64,000 nucleotides of DNA from Auanema rhodensis (lineage: Eukaryota > Animalia > Nematoda), in NCBI GenBank assembly GCA_964057225.1, contig OZ059895.1:13268001-13332000 (forward strand), read 5' to 3'. Of this stretch, positions 45,184-57,700 are shown in pieces (position 1 is the first letter of the stretch; each line of letters begins with the position of its first letter). Under the pieces are notes generated by a model, which did not search any database, was not told the origin of the DNA, and saw nothing but the letters and a program-made list of their open reading frames with translations. Both the position numbers and the translations under genes were made by a program.

Positions 45184-45590
45184 TGTTCCATACGTGTCCT
45201 ATAAGTAGAGCGATTGACAACGTCAATCGCTTATAAAACGGAACATTATAAAAACAAATAGCTGACGCTACATTTGAGAAACAGGAATTCAATGCAATAA
45301 AGAACGAACACTTTTTCATATTAAGTTTAATCAAAGAAAGCCCAATTCAAGCGGAACCAAGTTCCGCGGACCTGATATAACGACTTTTTATGCTCGTAAG
45401 GAAAACTATATGAGTTTTCCTTACGAGTCCTTTGGGCTGCGACTAGGAATCATTATGTTATTATTGTAATTTGTATACTTTATCATGAATAAACCTTTCT
45501 CTCTATACTCTTTATCATTTATATTTGGAAGAAAAGAAAGTAATTCCATGTGGTTACCCAGCCGGAACCCTGGGGAACCACCATGGAACG
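45184..45590 (+). repeat. 3' LTR, copy 1 (407 bp)
   Basis: Differs from the 5' LTR by a 6-bp deletion and one substitution; followed by TAAC TSD. Confidence 0.94.
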
Positions 45591-45679
45591 TAACGTAGAA
45601 AATTACATAACTAACATGAAATTGGAAAAAAAACAATAACGAGGATAAGTATGTAAATCATTGAATATCAGGTATTTTC

Positions 45680-45798
45680 GCTTACGACCATACCACGTTG
45701 AAAGTACGCCATCCCGTCCGATCTGGCAAGTCAAGCAACGTTGGGCCCGGTTAGTACTTGGATCGGAGACGGCTTGGGAATCCCGGGTGCCGTAAGCT
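45680..45798 (+). rRNA. 5S rRNA: 5S rRNA
   Basis: Same 119-nt gene. Confidence 0.97.
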
Positions 45799-46016
45799 TT
45801 TCAATTTTTTTTAACGATCATACCACGTTGAAAGTACGCAATGCAGCTGATTTTCAATTTTATCTCTTCCGTAACAAATGTTTTTAATTTTCTAGCAGTT
45901 TTACTTAGATAGCTCAACCCAAGGCATCAAAATATCTTCAATCTTATTTCTATATTACAGTTATAAACCAGTAGTTTATGAACCTTCATCTTAACTTTAC
46001 TGTTTGTGTTTACTTT

Positions 46017-46054
46017 ACGGGATGGCGTACTTTCAACGTGGTATGGTCGTAAGC
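46017..46054 (-). pseudogene. Inverted 5S fragment (nt 1-38) at the inversion breakpoint
   Basis: ACGGGATGGCGTAC...GTAAGC is the reverse complement of the 5S 5' end. Confidence 0.92.
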
Positions 46055-46745
46055 GAAAATATCTGATATTCAATGATTTACATACTTATCCTCGTTATTG
46101 TTTTTTTTCCAATTTCATGTTAGTTATGTAATTTTCTACGTTACGTTCCATGGTGGTTCCCCAGGGTTCCGGCTGGGTAACCACATGGAATTACTTTCTT
46201 TTCTTCCAAATATAAATGATTAAGAGTATAGAGAGAAAGGTTTATTCATGATAAAGTATACAAATTACAATAATAAAAGTTACATAATGATTCCTAGTCG
46301 CAGCCCAAAGGACTCGTAAGGAAAACTTATATAGTTTTCCTTACGAGCATAAAAAGTCGTTATATCAGGTCCGCGGAACTTGGTTCCGCTTGAATTGGGC
46401 TTTCTTTGATTAAACTTAATATGAAAAAGTGTTCGTTCTTTATTGCATTGAATTCCTGTTTCTCAAATGTAGCGTCAGCTATTTGTTTTTATAATGTTCC
46501 GTTTTATAAGCGATTGACGTTGTCAATCGCTCTACTTATAGGACACGTATGGAACATGCCTACTATCGAAAAAGTAGCTGACCTCAGCTACATCGAGAAA
46601 GTGAAATTCCATGCTAATATGAAAGTTGTATGAAATGTTTCAAAAAATAAAAGAATACTGATAATACAGAACAATTTTATGAGAAAAAATGAAGGAAAAC
46701 AATGTAATTACAAAATAATATATCATATATCATACTGGGAATCTT

Positions 46746-49700
46746 TCAAAAGACCTTTTTAGTCTTAGAATATAATGTCAAATATTCGGCATACTCTTCA
46801 ATTGCATCATTAAAGGGTGTAGTATTATTTAAAATCGGAGTTGGGATAGTTGCTGACGTTTTTTGGATATCATCGATCACATTTTCTGAAGTGTCAGATT
46901 CATTAGCCCTAGACTTACGCAATTTGGTAGCGATATATTCTCTAACACCGTTGAAGAGAGTTGTTGAGAACATAGTGTGTGGATGGTGTTTATCTTTAAT
47001 GGTATTACCGGCGTTGTAGTCATTAGGAACAAGTTCCTCAGTTGAGTCAATTCGAAAGGCAGTCAAAAATCTTAACAGGGCTGCAATGCCCGAAAATATT
47101 GCGGTGGCATTAAATTTTGAATCAACGTGAACCTGTTGTGCGACTGTAGAGGATATAAAATCATATTTTACAGAATTTCGACATAAATTATTAAAAATAA
47201 TATTAGACATACAAATGGATTTAGGGAGACTGTTATATACATTATGAACTGATAATAAGTTATACAAAGAATTAACACATTGGTTGTGATGCGAATCTAT
47301 AAAATACGAACGTTTATAGAGGTTATTTAAGCAATAATAGGAAAAGGCGCCACCAACAAATAGATTTAAATACGAAAATTTGAGAAATTTGGTTTTTTTT
47401 ACATTAAAGGTGAAAGTAGTGTCTTGGGTAGCATCTGGTGTCGACGTAAATATTGGTTTAACAACCGATATTTCTGGTAATACATCAGTAAATTTAGTCT
47501 CTTCCAATTCTGTAAGTGGAGTACGCCGCAACCAGTTACCATAAAAGTTTTCACCTAAATTTCCAGACATTCCCAATTGTCTGTCAAAAGATAAGAAAAC
47601 AGGATCCAACGGTGGATGAATAATATGGGATTCAATTGAGAAATTTACCAATCTCTCAAAATATCTAATAGCTTCTTGAGATAATACCATGTCGGTATAC
47701 TTTTTCGCGACGAAGTATTTATGCAGACGATAAAAATCATCGTTGGAAGTCTCAACAGCACGTAGAAGATCGGAATCACCAAGTGTCTCGACCCTCTTCT
47801 TTAAGTACCAATAAATAAAGGGCTTTGCAATTCCCTGATCAACGCAAATTAAATTATACGGGGACAACTCGTGATGACGAGAGATAACATCCTCTGTTTC
47901 GCACACATCTGGATCTAAGACTGGATCACATGACGGTTTTGAGCTTACAAGACCACCACCATATAAACCCAAAAATTTTTGAGGTTTTAGGTACTTGCGT
48001 AATGTGGATTCTAGTTCAATATCGCAATGATTGAAAGGGAAGTCCTTACCGGATATATCCTTGATTTTTTTATCAAGAGTGTCGTAATATTTACTATATT
48101 GAAGATAGGTATTTAATCCGTCCGATCTTTTTATATCAAAATTGTTACAAACGGAGCGGAAAAACCCGGTGTAGTTAAAATCAGATCTTACAATTTCGGA
48201 TTTAGTATACCCCTCACATAAAACATAAAATTCACAAGAAATAGGTGTGGAGGTAGACAAGAAAAGAACCGTTAATTTCGCAAATCTCGAAAGTAATCGG
48301 CGCAATAAAATCTGAGTACTAATAGCATAAGGGTAAAACAGTTTAATAACCAATTTGCCGTTATCATGCAATAGATCGAATGCGGTGGAGATTTCAGCAT
48401 AAATGAGATCATAGTTATTGTCAGCACGAAGAAAAGGATTAACAGCTGTTTCAGATATGGCTCCGTCAGCTAAAATAAGTAGTCTGTCATTGGTGTTCTT
48501 CTTTATTAATTCAACCATAGAGTTTCGAATATCGTCATCAAGCAAATTTGACGATCTTGTTACAGGGTCACAATAGGGAGTTAAACGGTTATCGAATATT
48601 AACATGGATTTAGGTCCAGGCACAGCATGAATAAAACTGTTAGAGTTATGTAATAAATATTCAGAAAACCCTCCGGGGCTAGAACATAAGTCGATTATAT
48701 CGACATAACAGAAATCGATCAGCCCAAAGGCGTGTAATTCGCACAGTTTTAAGGCCGAGCGACAAATGTATCCTCCAGTGCCGATATTAGATGTAGGAGT
48801 CATTATGTTTTTAATCAGCTTATGTTTACGATTAGAGACATTCTCAAAAGTTTTGTCATAAATGTCTCTGAATTTATCAATCAAAGGAGCGTCGTTACAA
48901 TCGAACACATCGTCAGATGTTAATACCATCAAACGGTTCGGACAAACTTTCAAAGCAGAAAAATGACCAGGCGTATAATGAACGTGATATAATTGTTCAG
49001 ATGCTAGCGTACGAGGAGTATAAAGTCGAAACTGACCAGTGGAAGTATCGTGTAAGCAAATCTTAACACGGTATAGACCACTGAACAACTCAATATGCTC
49101 ATCTGTTCCCCAATTATCAACATTAGAGGGATCGTTAATACCGGCTAACAGAAGATTCTTTGTCTTCTCACCGATGTTAGGGGCATGGCTAAGTTTATCA
49201 CGAATTGATGGTGGACTATCGGTAGTAGCACCCGTAAGTCTCAAAGCGTGAAAAAGACAGTCGCCGTCACCAGGAGTGGGGATAATTTCAACGTTACTTT
49301 GGCAGGAATGTGAAACCGACACAGATACCGGTTCAAAAGACGTCGAAGTATCAATAACACCCTCTTCTGCATCAAAATACTCATCAGAATCTTCACCAGA
49401 TGAACATTCGAAGTCATTAGGCAACCACAATTTATATAGGGGATGGTCAATAGTCTTCCGTACTTCGCGATGGACAAGTTGGGAAACCTGTCGGTCAATA
49501 TCAATATAACCGATATTACGGAAAATCTTTATATCATAAAGAGTCCCGCCCAGTACACAATCCCGCCAACCCTTCATCCGAGATGTGTCGTCGCAAACAG
49601 TCTGGTCTGACATTGATGACACTGTAAGGTCATTGTCATGAGCTTTAGACATGGCGGACAATAGGTTTTCGGTCTTGTCGGAATACTTCATCATGGAGAA

Positions 49701-51215
49701 TAAACGGGTGAACCGGGGAAATAAGGATAAAGATCTAGAAATAGAAATGTCATCCGTCAATTCCTTTATAGTCTTAGTTGAACTGTAATTGCTGACATAA
49801 ATTAGCATATAAACAGTATGAGCCAGTATTCGGAGAGTATCAGCAGAATGTCGTTCGTCAGAACTGGAGATTGTTTGTCCATTGACTACAACACGACTAT
49901 CAAGAGAAATACCCATTGACAGGATATTTTTGACGGTGAATTTACCCTCACCCAAGGTCATACCATGTTTTAACATGTTTTCAAACAAGCTAGTTGATAC
50001 ACAGATATAAGCATATTTCAATTTATTTTTGGTTTTAAAAAAAGATGAAGATTCATCAAAATCGTATGTACGAATATAGGATTTTTTGTCGGAGTTCAAT
50101 TTAAAAGTACGCCCGCTAATATGACGGGGAATAGAAGTGTCAATCCTTGCAATGTCAAAGAAAAAATGACTCTTAAATTGTAATAGCCCAGCCACCGCAT
50201 AACTATATAAAGAGGTGGTAGAAGTTAGAACAAAAGCTTTTATGATAAAAATATAAGTGTCCCAACGATGAGTGTAACACAATTGAACATCGTTATCAAA
50301 TGAGAATCTAATATATTCGACTCCAAACTGTTTATAGCGGGTAAAAGATGCGTCAATATCTGGTAACATACCATTTTTTTTAATTAAAACAACGGGGTCG
50401 AATAATATAACTCCGACGGCCCTAATAGCTTCACAGTTATCTAAGGTCTGAACAATGTCAGCTGGAGAAAGATCATAAACAGAATGTAAAAAGGATACAA
50501 AAGGGGCTTTTATCTTACAGTACTGGGAAAGTTGAGAACAAATATAATTAGAATCCATAGAGAGTATTTTTTTACAATGATAAACTTTATTGCTATCAAA
50601 GGAATTATTCACAATCATAGTTGCTTGAGCTACGTAATTATTACGTCTAAAAACGTCAGCCGTGTTCACAACTGGACAGCAACAGTGAACGGAGTAAAAG
50701 CCACTATTAACAAACTGCATGGGATTTGATCCTATATCCTTTTGTACTACATGGTATTTACCGCTGGGTGTTAATGTCTTGAACATTTCCAAAGAGCGAA
50801 AGAATTGGTATCTTATGTAGTAAAAAGCTACAGTGCGTAAGGCACGAGCTAGTGAATGAGGTCCACCATCGGTGTTACTGGTCTCAATTCTAAAACAAGA
50901 AAAATTTTTTTGAATGTCTTGTAATTGTTCACTAGATAAAATCTGTTGTAATCTAATCAAAATTCGTCCCGAAGAGTCAAAATTAATTCACTTCATACGG
51001 TTGTCCAATACACTGGCTTTAACAGCTGCTGCAACACTACTATTTGGGTTGTTAAGGATTACATTTTTAAGGACGGGATCAAAATTTTTATCCGCTGATA
51101 CGGATAAAAGAAAGTCTCCCATACATTTATCATCTGTTGGAAATTTTTCAGATCGGTAACCGGTGTCGTCCATAACAATTAAGTTATTAGACGAAACGGC
51201 CGTGCAGTCATCCAT
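46746..51215 (-). pseudogene. Endogenous viral replicase fragment, copy 2
   Basis: Near-identical to copy 1 (NPFL vs NPLL; KKVF vs KKDF); same in-frame stop. Confidence 0.93.
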
Positions 51216-51513
51216 AACTACCAGGTGACACAATAAAGTGTCAATCTAGTAGAAGGAGAAAAGCAATCGACGTTGTCAATCGCTCTACTTATAGGACACG
51301 TATGGAACATGCCTAATATCGAAAAAGTAGCTGACCTCAGCTACATCGAGAAAGTGAAATTCCATGCAAATGTGAAAGTTGTATGAAATGTTTCAAAAAA
51401 ATAAAAGAATACTGATAATACAGAACAATTTTATGAGAAAAAAATAAAGGAAAACAATGTAATTACAAAATAATATATCATATATCATACTGGGAATCTT
51501 TCAAAAGTTCTTT

Positions 51514-52116
51514 TTAGTATTCTTCATAATACTGGTGTATCTCTGGTAATGGTGATGATCCTAGGTCGTGGAGAAGATCCATAGTCTTGTTGCATAAATC
51601 CGTTTTTCTTTCCATTTCTTCCTTGGTGGTTGCTGGTGATGCCAGAAATATTTGTAGAGCATTTAAAATGCTTTTTCTTCCCTCTGTGGATGGCAGTTCG
51701 CTGCAATGTTGCAGGCTCCATTCTTGATAGGCCGAATGGGTCTCAGCAATAATCCAGTTTGGTGTCTGCTGTTCTGGTGAATCGCAACTAGGTGAATAAC
51801 CTAGTTGGTCCCTTAGTTCAGCAATGGCATCTCGGATGACTCCTGCTGTGTTGGTCCATGGTCCTATGCAGTGGTCAACCTCCGACAGTTGATCCTTGTC
51901 GTATTGGTAACATAGGATTTTGAGCGTTTCAGTACTGGTGTTCGCTCTTGTTAGTCCTTGAACTAACTCTTTCAGGATCTTCTCTTTCCTGGGGCGGTTG
52001 GCGATGGTATTGGCGCCTAGCTGCTTCAATTCTCTTACTAATAGTTGAATTGAAAGCCATCTCTTTTTGGCCATCATGAGGGGAATTTCGACGGCTTCAG
52101 GGAGTTGGGTGGACAT
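51514..52116 (-). CDS. 200-aa hypothetical protein, copy 2
   Basis: One amino-acid difference from copy 1 (TEGRK vs TEARK). Confidence 0.6.
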   Translation of the reverse strand: MSTQLPEAVEIPLMMAKKRWLSIQLLVRELKQLGANTIANRPRKEKILKELVQGLTRANTSTETLKILCYQYDKDQLSEVDHCIGPWTNTAGVIRDAIAELRDQLGYSPSCDSPEQQTPNWIIAETHSAYQEWSLQHCSELPSTEGRKSILNALQIFLASPATTKEEMERKTDLCNKTMDLLHDLGSSPLPEIHQYYEEY

Positions 52117-54645
52117 TGTTATCTTTGTTACTGTTTTCTGTCCTTTTTATCCTTTTTAAAACTAGGTCGGTCTGTTCCTTCCTTTTTGTCGCCTCCTTTT
52201 TGACCAGTTAGGTGAAAAAAAATGATGAAGATTGTTGATTAAAACTTTGCAGTGATTTTTGAAAGATTCCAAGTATGATGTATAATTTTATTTTGAAATT
52301 TTGGTTATTGATACAATATTTTTATGAGAGTGAAAAAATAAAAATGTACAATAATTTGTGTAGAATTTTATGTCTTACTTAAATGAGAAAAAAAAATCAT
52401 ATATAGGTTCAAGTTTAGATGAAAATTATGAAAATGGTATTATACTTTTTGTGATTTTTATATAGAAATTATGGATTTTTACTATTGTTCTAGCTTCTTA
52501 CTTGTAGTCCCAATAACTGTTGACGGTCTTTTCTTATGGATGACTGGTACTGTTGGTGCCACGAAGTTTGGGTCCGGGATCGGACTCTTCGAAACTCTCT
52601 TCTTCGGCTCTGTTACTGGTATGGTGCTGTGATACCTTATCGGCACATGATAAGGCTTTGCTGGCGTTGTAGGAGAATTATCTTCTAATCCCAATGCCAA
52701 TTTAAGTGCTGAACTCCATTTCTTAATTGTGGGTGGCTCCTTCTTCCGTTCCTCATACAATTCTTTTCTTGCGTTTTCTTCTATTTTCTCTGATAGTTTG
52801 GTGAATTTCGAGGAAGAGGAGAAGAAAGAATAGCAGTATTTGGGTATGAAAATGATATTTGAGAATAATCTTTACAAGGGGAAGTATTTGTGCAAACATA
52901 GCTAGAGCTTTTGATAACGTTAGAATTGCGTTTAGGAGTTTGTTTGTTAATAGACGTTTTAATTTTACTAAGAGTAATAGCGTGGCGAGAAGTTTTGATA
53001 GCTGTTGTGCCTATTTTTTTTCGCGGGGGTACCCGGTATAGCGGGTGGTTTCTTTGCAGCAGTAGGTCGGCGCTTCGTGTCCGGCTCATAAACATTTGGA
53101 GGTCCTCTCTTTCTTTGATTCTGCTCGAGTACTGGCTCGACGTGCGTATCATTACCGGGGGGCTGCGCTCTGTGGATTTGTTTTATCCTGCGGAGGATTT
53201 TTACTCTTCGAGTCCGTCATCTTGTTGGTTTTCCTGGAAAGGAAATTATTATACCAACGATGCGAAACTTATAAAAATATATATACAACGTGAGAGGCAA
53301 TATGGGGTTGTATGCGTGACGCTTGCTAGGGGGCCAGCCTGCAGCGAATCTTCTAACGGAGAATTGCTCAATCGGGTACATACACGGGCCTGTGACCGGT
53401 GCGCAATTTCTAGGATCAAGTTCCCATCTCTCGAATAGGCGTGAAATATACGACGGTGATCTAAGCAGTATTCCCTTTCAGTCTTTCGACAAGATTAGGT
53501 GCTCAGGCCTCGAACATTCACTTTCCCAGACTTCTCTTGCCTATGAAAAATTACAGAAATCGCTCCCTTAACGAAATTCTGCTCCCCTGATTTTTCATGG
53601 TGAGACCACTCTAACACTTTCATTCTCGACTAATTCTGTAAAGGGATCTTCAAAATCAGGAATGCGTACGTCTTATATCAAAAATAGTGGTTGCCTCCGC
53701 TCAGTTCTCGAGACAGTCTGGTATTGCTTCTCACGGGCTACTTTTAGGATCAAAATGCAAAATTGTAAATCTTAGGTTCGGGATTCAGATAAAAAATTTC
53801 AAAATTATTTGGCTGTTTTCTGGGTTATATTAGGAAGAAGAAAAAAAATAATAGTAATAAGAGAGGGAAAAAGATAAAATTTAAAAGAAGATAAAAGAAA
53901 AATAAAATAGGAATATAGTAGGAATATAGTAGGAATATAGTATAGTAGGAATGTAGTATAGAATAGTTTTGTACATAAATATATATATATATAAATGAGT
54001 AATACATTTTAAAGGATAGAATAGAAATTAATGAATTTTAATATATATAAAACAATGAATTTTTTGATGATTCATGAAAGAAATTAATTCATTTTTGATT
54101 CAAAAATTGTTTGAAACTTTATAACAAAATTTTATGAGAGATAGAATAGATTTTGATTAAAAAAACAGAAAAAGAAAAGATTGACAGAAAAAAAAATATC
54201 GAAATACCTTTCTTTGAATGAATAAATATAAAAGAATTTCAAATTAATTTATGATAGTTATAAACAAAGTTTTTCCTCAAAAATGAATGAAAGATCTTAG
54301 AATATGGATAAAAATCGAAATGTTTCTTTTAAATGAATGAATATAAAATTTCAAAATTAAGTTGTTTCAAAATATATCTTTTTAAATAAATGTATATAAG
54401 ATTTCAGTATTAATTTATGAATCAAAATCAAAATAAAGTTTTTTTGAATGAATGAAATAAAGAAGAGAAAGATTTCAAATTAAATTCATATAGCATAATC
54501 GAAATATAATTCTTTAATTAGATGTATGAAAGACAACAAAATTAAATTTATGTAGCGAAATATGGTTCTTAGAGATTCGTCGGTTATAGACGAATCTCGG
54601 CATAACGAGGATAAGTATGTAAATCATTGAATATCAGATATTTTC

Positions 54646-54764
54646 GCTTACGACCATACCACGTTGAAAGTACGCCATCCCGTCCGATCTGGCAAGTCAA
54701 GCAACGTTGGGCCCGGTTAGTACTTGGATCGGAGACGGCTTGGGAATCCCGGGTGCCGTAAGCT
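54646..54764 (+). rRNA. 5S rRNA: 5S rRNA
   Basis: Same 119-nt gene, intact. Confidence 0.97.
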
Positions 54765-57700
54765 TTTCAATTTTTTTTAACGATCATACCACGTTGAAAG
54801 TACGCAATGCAGCTGATTTTCAATTTTATCTCTTCCGTAACAAATGTTTTTAATTTTCTAGCAGTTTTACTTAGATAGCTCAACCCAAGGCATCAAAATA
54901 TCTTCAATCTTATTTCTATATTACAGTTATAAACCAGTAGTTTATGAACCTTCATCTTAACTTTACTGTTTCTATCTATTTCCTATTGAAACAAACATTG
55001 TTTTAACACTATACAACTGTGAAACCTTTTTTAATTTATTGTATTTGGAGCTCATAAGATTTGATATCATCGAAGAATTTAGATGTAACTGTTCCATACG
55101 TGTCCTATAAGTAGAGCGATTGACAACGTCAATCGCTTATAAAACGGAACATTATAAAAACAAATAGCTGACGCTACATTTGAGAAACAGGAATTCAATG
55201 CAATAAAGAACAAACACTTTTTCATATTAAGTTTAATCAAAGAAAGCCCAATTCAAGCGGAACCAAGTTCCGCGGACCTGATATAACGACTTTTTATGCT
55301 CGTAAGGAAAACTATATAAGTTTTCCTTACGAGTCCTTTGGGCTGCGACTAGGAATCATTATGTAACTTTTATTATTGTAATTTGTATACTTTATCATGA
55401 ATAAACCTTTCTCTCTATACTCTTTATCATTTATATTTGGAAGAAAAGAAAGTAATTCCATGTGGTTACCCAGCCGGAACCCTGGGGAACCACCATGGAA
55501 CGTGGAGGTTCCGCCGAGATTCGTCTATAACCGACGAATCTCTAAGAACCATATTTCGCTACATAAATTTAATTTTGTTGTCTTTCATACATCTAATTAA
55601 AGAATTATATTTCGATTATGCTATATGAATTTAATTTGAAATCTTTCTCTTCTTTATTTCATTCATTCAAAAAAACTTTATTTTGATTTTGATTCATAAA
55701 TTAATACTGAAATCTTATATACATTTATTTAAAAAGATATATTTTGAAACAACTTAATTTTGAAATTTTATATTCATTCATTTAAAAGAAACATTTCGAT
55801 TTTTATCCATATTCTAAGATCTTTCATTCATTTTTGAGGAAAAACTTTGTTTATAACTATCATAAATTAATTTGAAATTCTTTTATATTTATTCATTCAA
55901 AGAAAGGTATTTCGATATTTTTTTTTCTGTCAATCTTTTCTTTTTCTGTTTTTTTAATCAAAATCTATTCTATCTCTCATAAAATTTTGTTATAAAGTTT
56001 CAAACAATTTTTGAATCAAAAATGAATTAATTTCTTTCATGAATCATCAAAAAATTCATTGTTTTATATATATTAAAATTCATTAATTTCTATTCTATCC
56101 TTTAAAATGTATTACTCATTTATATATATATATTTATGTACAAAACTATTCTATACTAGTACTATATTCCTACTATATTCCTACTATATTCCTATTTTAT
56201 TTTTCTTTTATCTTCTTTTAAATTTTATCTTTTTCCCTCTCTTATTACTATTATTTTTTTTCTTCTTCCTAATATAACCCAGAAAACAGCCAAATAATTT
56301 TGAAATTTTTTATCTGAATCCCGAACCTAAGATTTACAATTTTGCATTTTGATCCTAAAAGTAGCCCGTGAGAAGCAATACCAGACTGTCTCGAGAACTG
56401 AGCGGAGGCAACCACTATTTTTGATATAAGACGTACGCATTCCTGATTTTGAAGATCCCTTTACAGAATTAGTCGAGAATGAAAGTGTTAGAGTGGTCTC
56501 ACCATGAAAAATCAGGGGAGCAGAATTTCGTTAAGGGAGCGATTTCTGTAATTTTTCATAGGCAAGAGAAGTCTGGGAAAGTGAATGTTCGAGGCCTGAG
56601 CACCTAATCTTGTCGAAAGACTGAAAGGGAATACTGCTTAGATCACCGTCGTATATTTCACGCCTATTCGAGAGATGGGAACTTGATCCTAGAAATTGCG
56701 CACCGGTCACAGGCCCGTGTATGTACCCGATTGAGCAATTCTCCGTTAGAAGATTCGCTGCAGGCTGGCCCCCTAGCAAGCGTCACGCATACAACCCCAT
56801 ATTGCCTCTCACGTTGTATATATATTTTTATAAGTTTCGCATCGTTGGTATAATAATTTCCTTTCCAGGAAAACCAACAAGATGACGGACTCGAAGAGTA
56901 AAAATCCTCCGCAGGATAAAACAAATCCACAGAGCGCAGCCCCCCGGTAATGATACGCACGTCGAGCCAGTACTCGAGCAGAATCAAAGAAAGAGAGGAC
57001 CTCCAAATGTTTATGAGCCGGACACGAAGCGCCGACCTACTGCTGCAAAGAAACCACCCGCTATACCGGGTACCCCCGCGAAAAAAAATAGGCACAACAG
57101 CTATCAAAACTTCTCGCCACGCTATTACTCTTAGTAAAATTAAAACGTCTATTAACAAACAAACTCCTAAACGCAATTCTAACGTTATCAAAAGCTCTAG
57201 CTATGTTTGCACAAATACTTCCCCTTGTAAAGATTATTCTCAAATATCATTTTCATACCCAAATACTGCTATTCTTTCTTCTCTTCTTCCTCGAAATTCA
57301 CCAAACTATCAGAGAAAATAGAAGAAAACGCAAGAAAAGAATTGTATGAGGAACGGAAGAAGGAGCCACCCACAATTAAGAAATGGAGTTCAGCACTTAA
57401 ATTGGCATTGGGATTAGAAGATAATTCTCCTACAACGCCAGCAAAGCCTTATCATGTCCCGATAAGGTATCACAGCACCATACCAGTAACAGAGCCGAAG
57501 AAGAGAGTTTCGAAGAGTCCGATCCCGGACCCAAACTTCGTGGCACCAACAGTACCAGTCATCCATAAGAAAAGACCGTCAACAGTTATTGGGACTACAA
57601 GTAAGAAGCTAGAACAATAGTAAAAATCCATAATTTCTATATAAAAATCACAAAAAGTATAATACCATTTTCATAATTTTCATCTAAACTTGAACCTATA

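Larger units (their letters stand above)
36724..45590 (+). mobile_element. Non-autonomous Gypsy-type LTR element carrying an RNA-virus fragment, copy 1
   Basis: LTRs 36724-37136 and 45184-45590, TSD TAAC, tRNA-Gln PBS, no pol motifs. Confidence 0.93.
46144..54601 (-). mobile_element. Non-autonomous LTR element with viral insert, copy 2 (inverted; lacks 5' LTR, broken inside the PBS)
   Basis: Reverse complement of ~37147-45590; 3' LTR at 46144-46556. Confidence 0.93.

Noticed and set aside
45107-46633. 75-aa and 71-aa ORFs antisense to the LTRs
   Set aside because: They lie within LTR and pre-LTR sequence, with TTG or chance starts and no coding features.
46017-54601. Inverted copy as a pure amplification or assembly fold-back artefact
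   Set aside because: Copy 2 has private variants, lacks copy 1's LTR deletion and has a different 5S flank allele (CAGAT vs CAGGT). Not fully excluded without raw reads.
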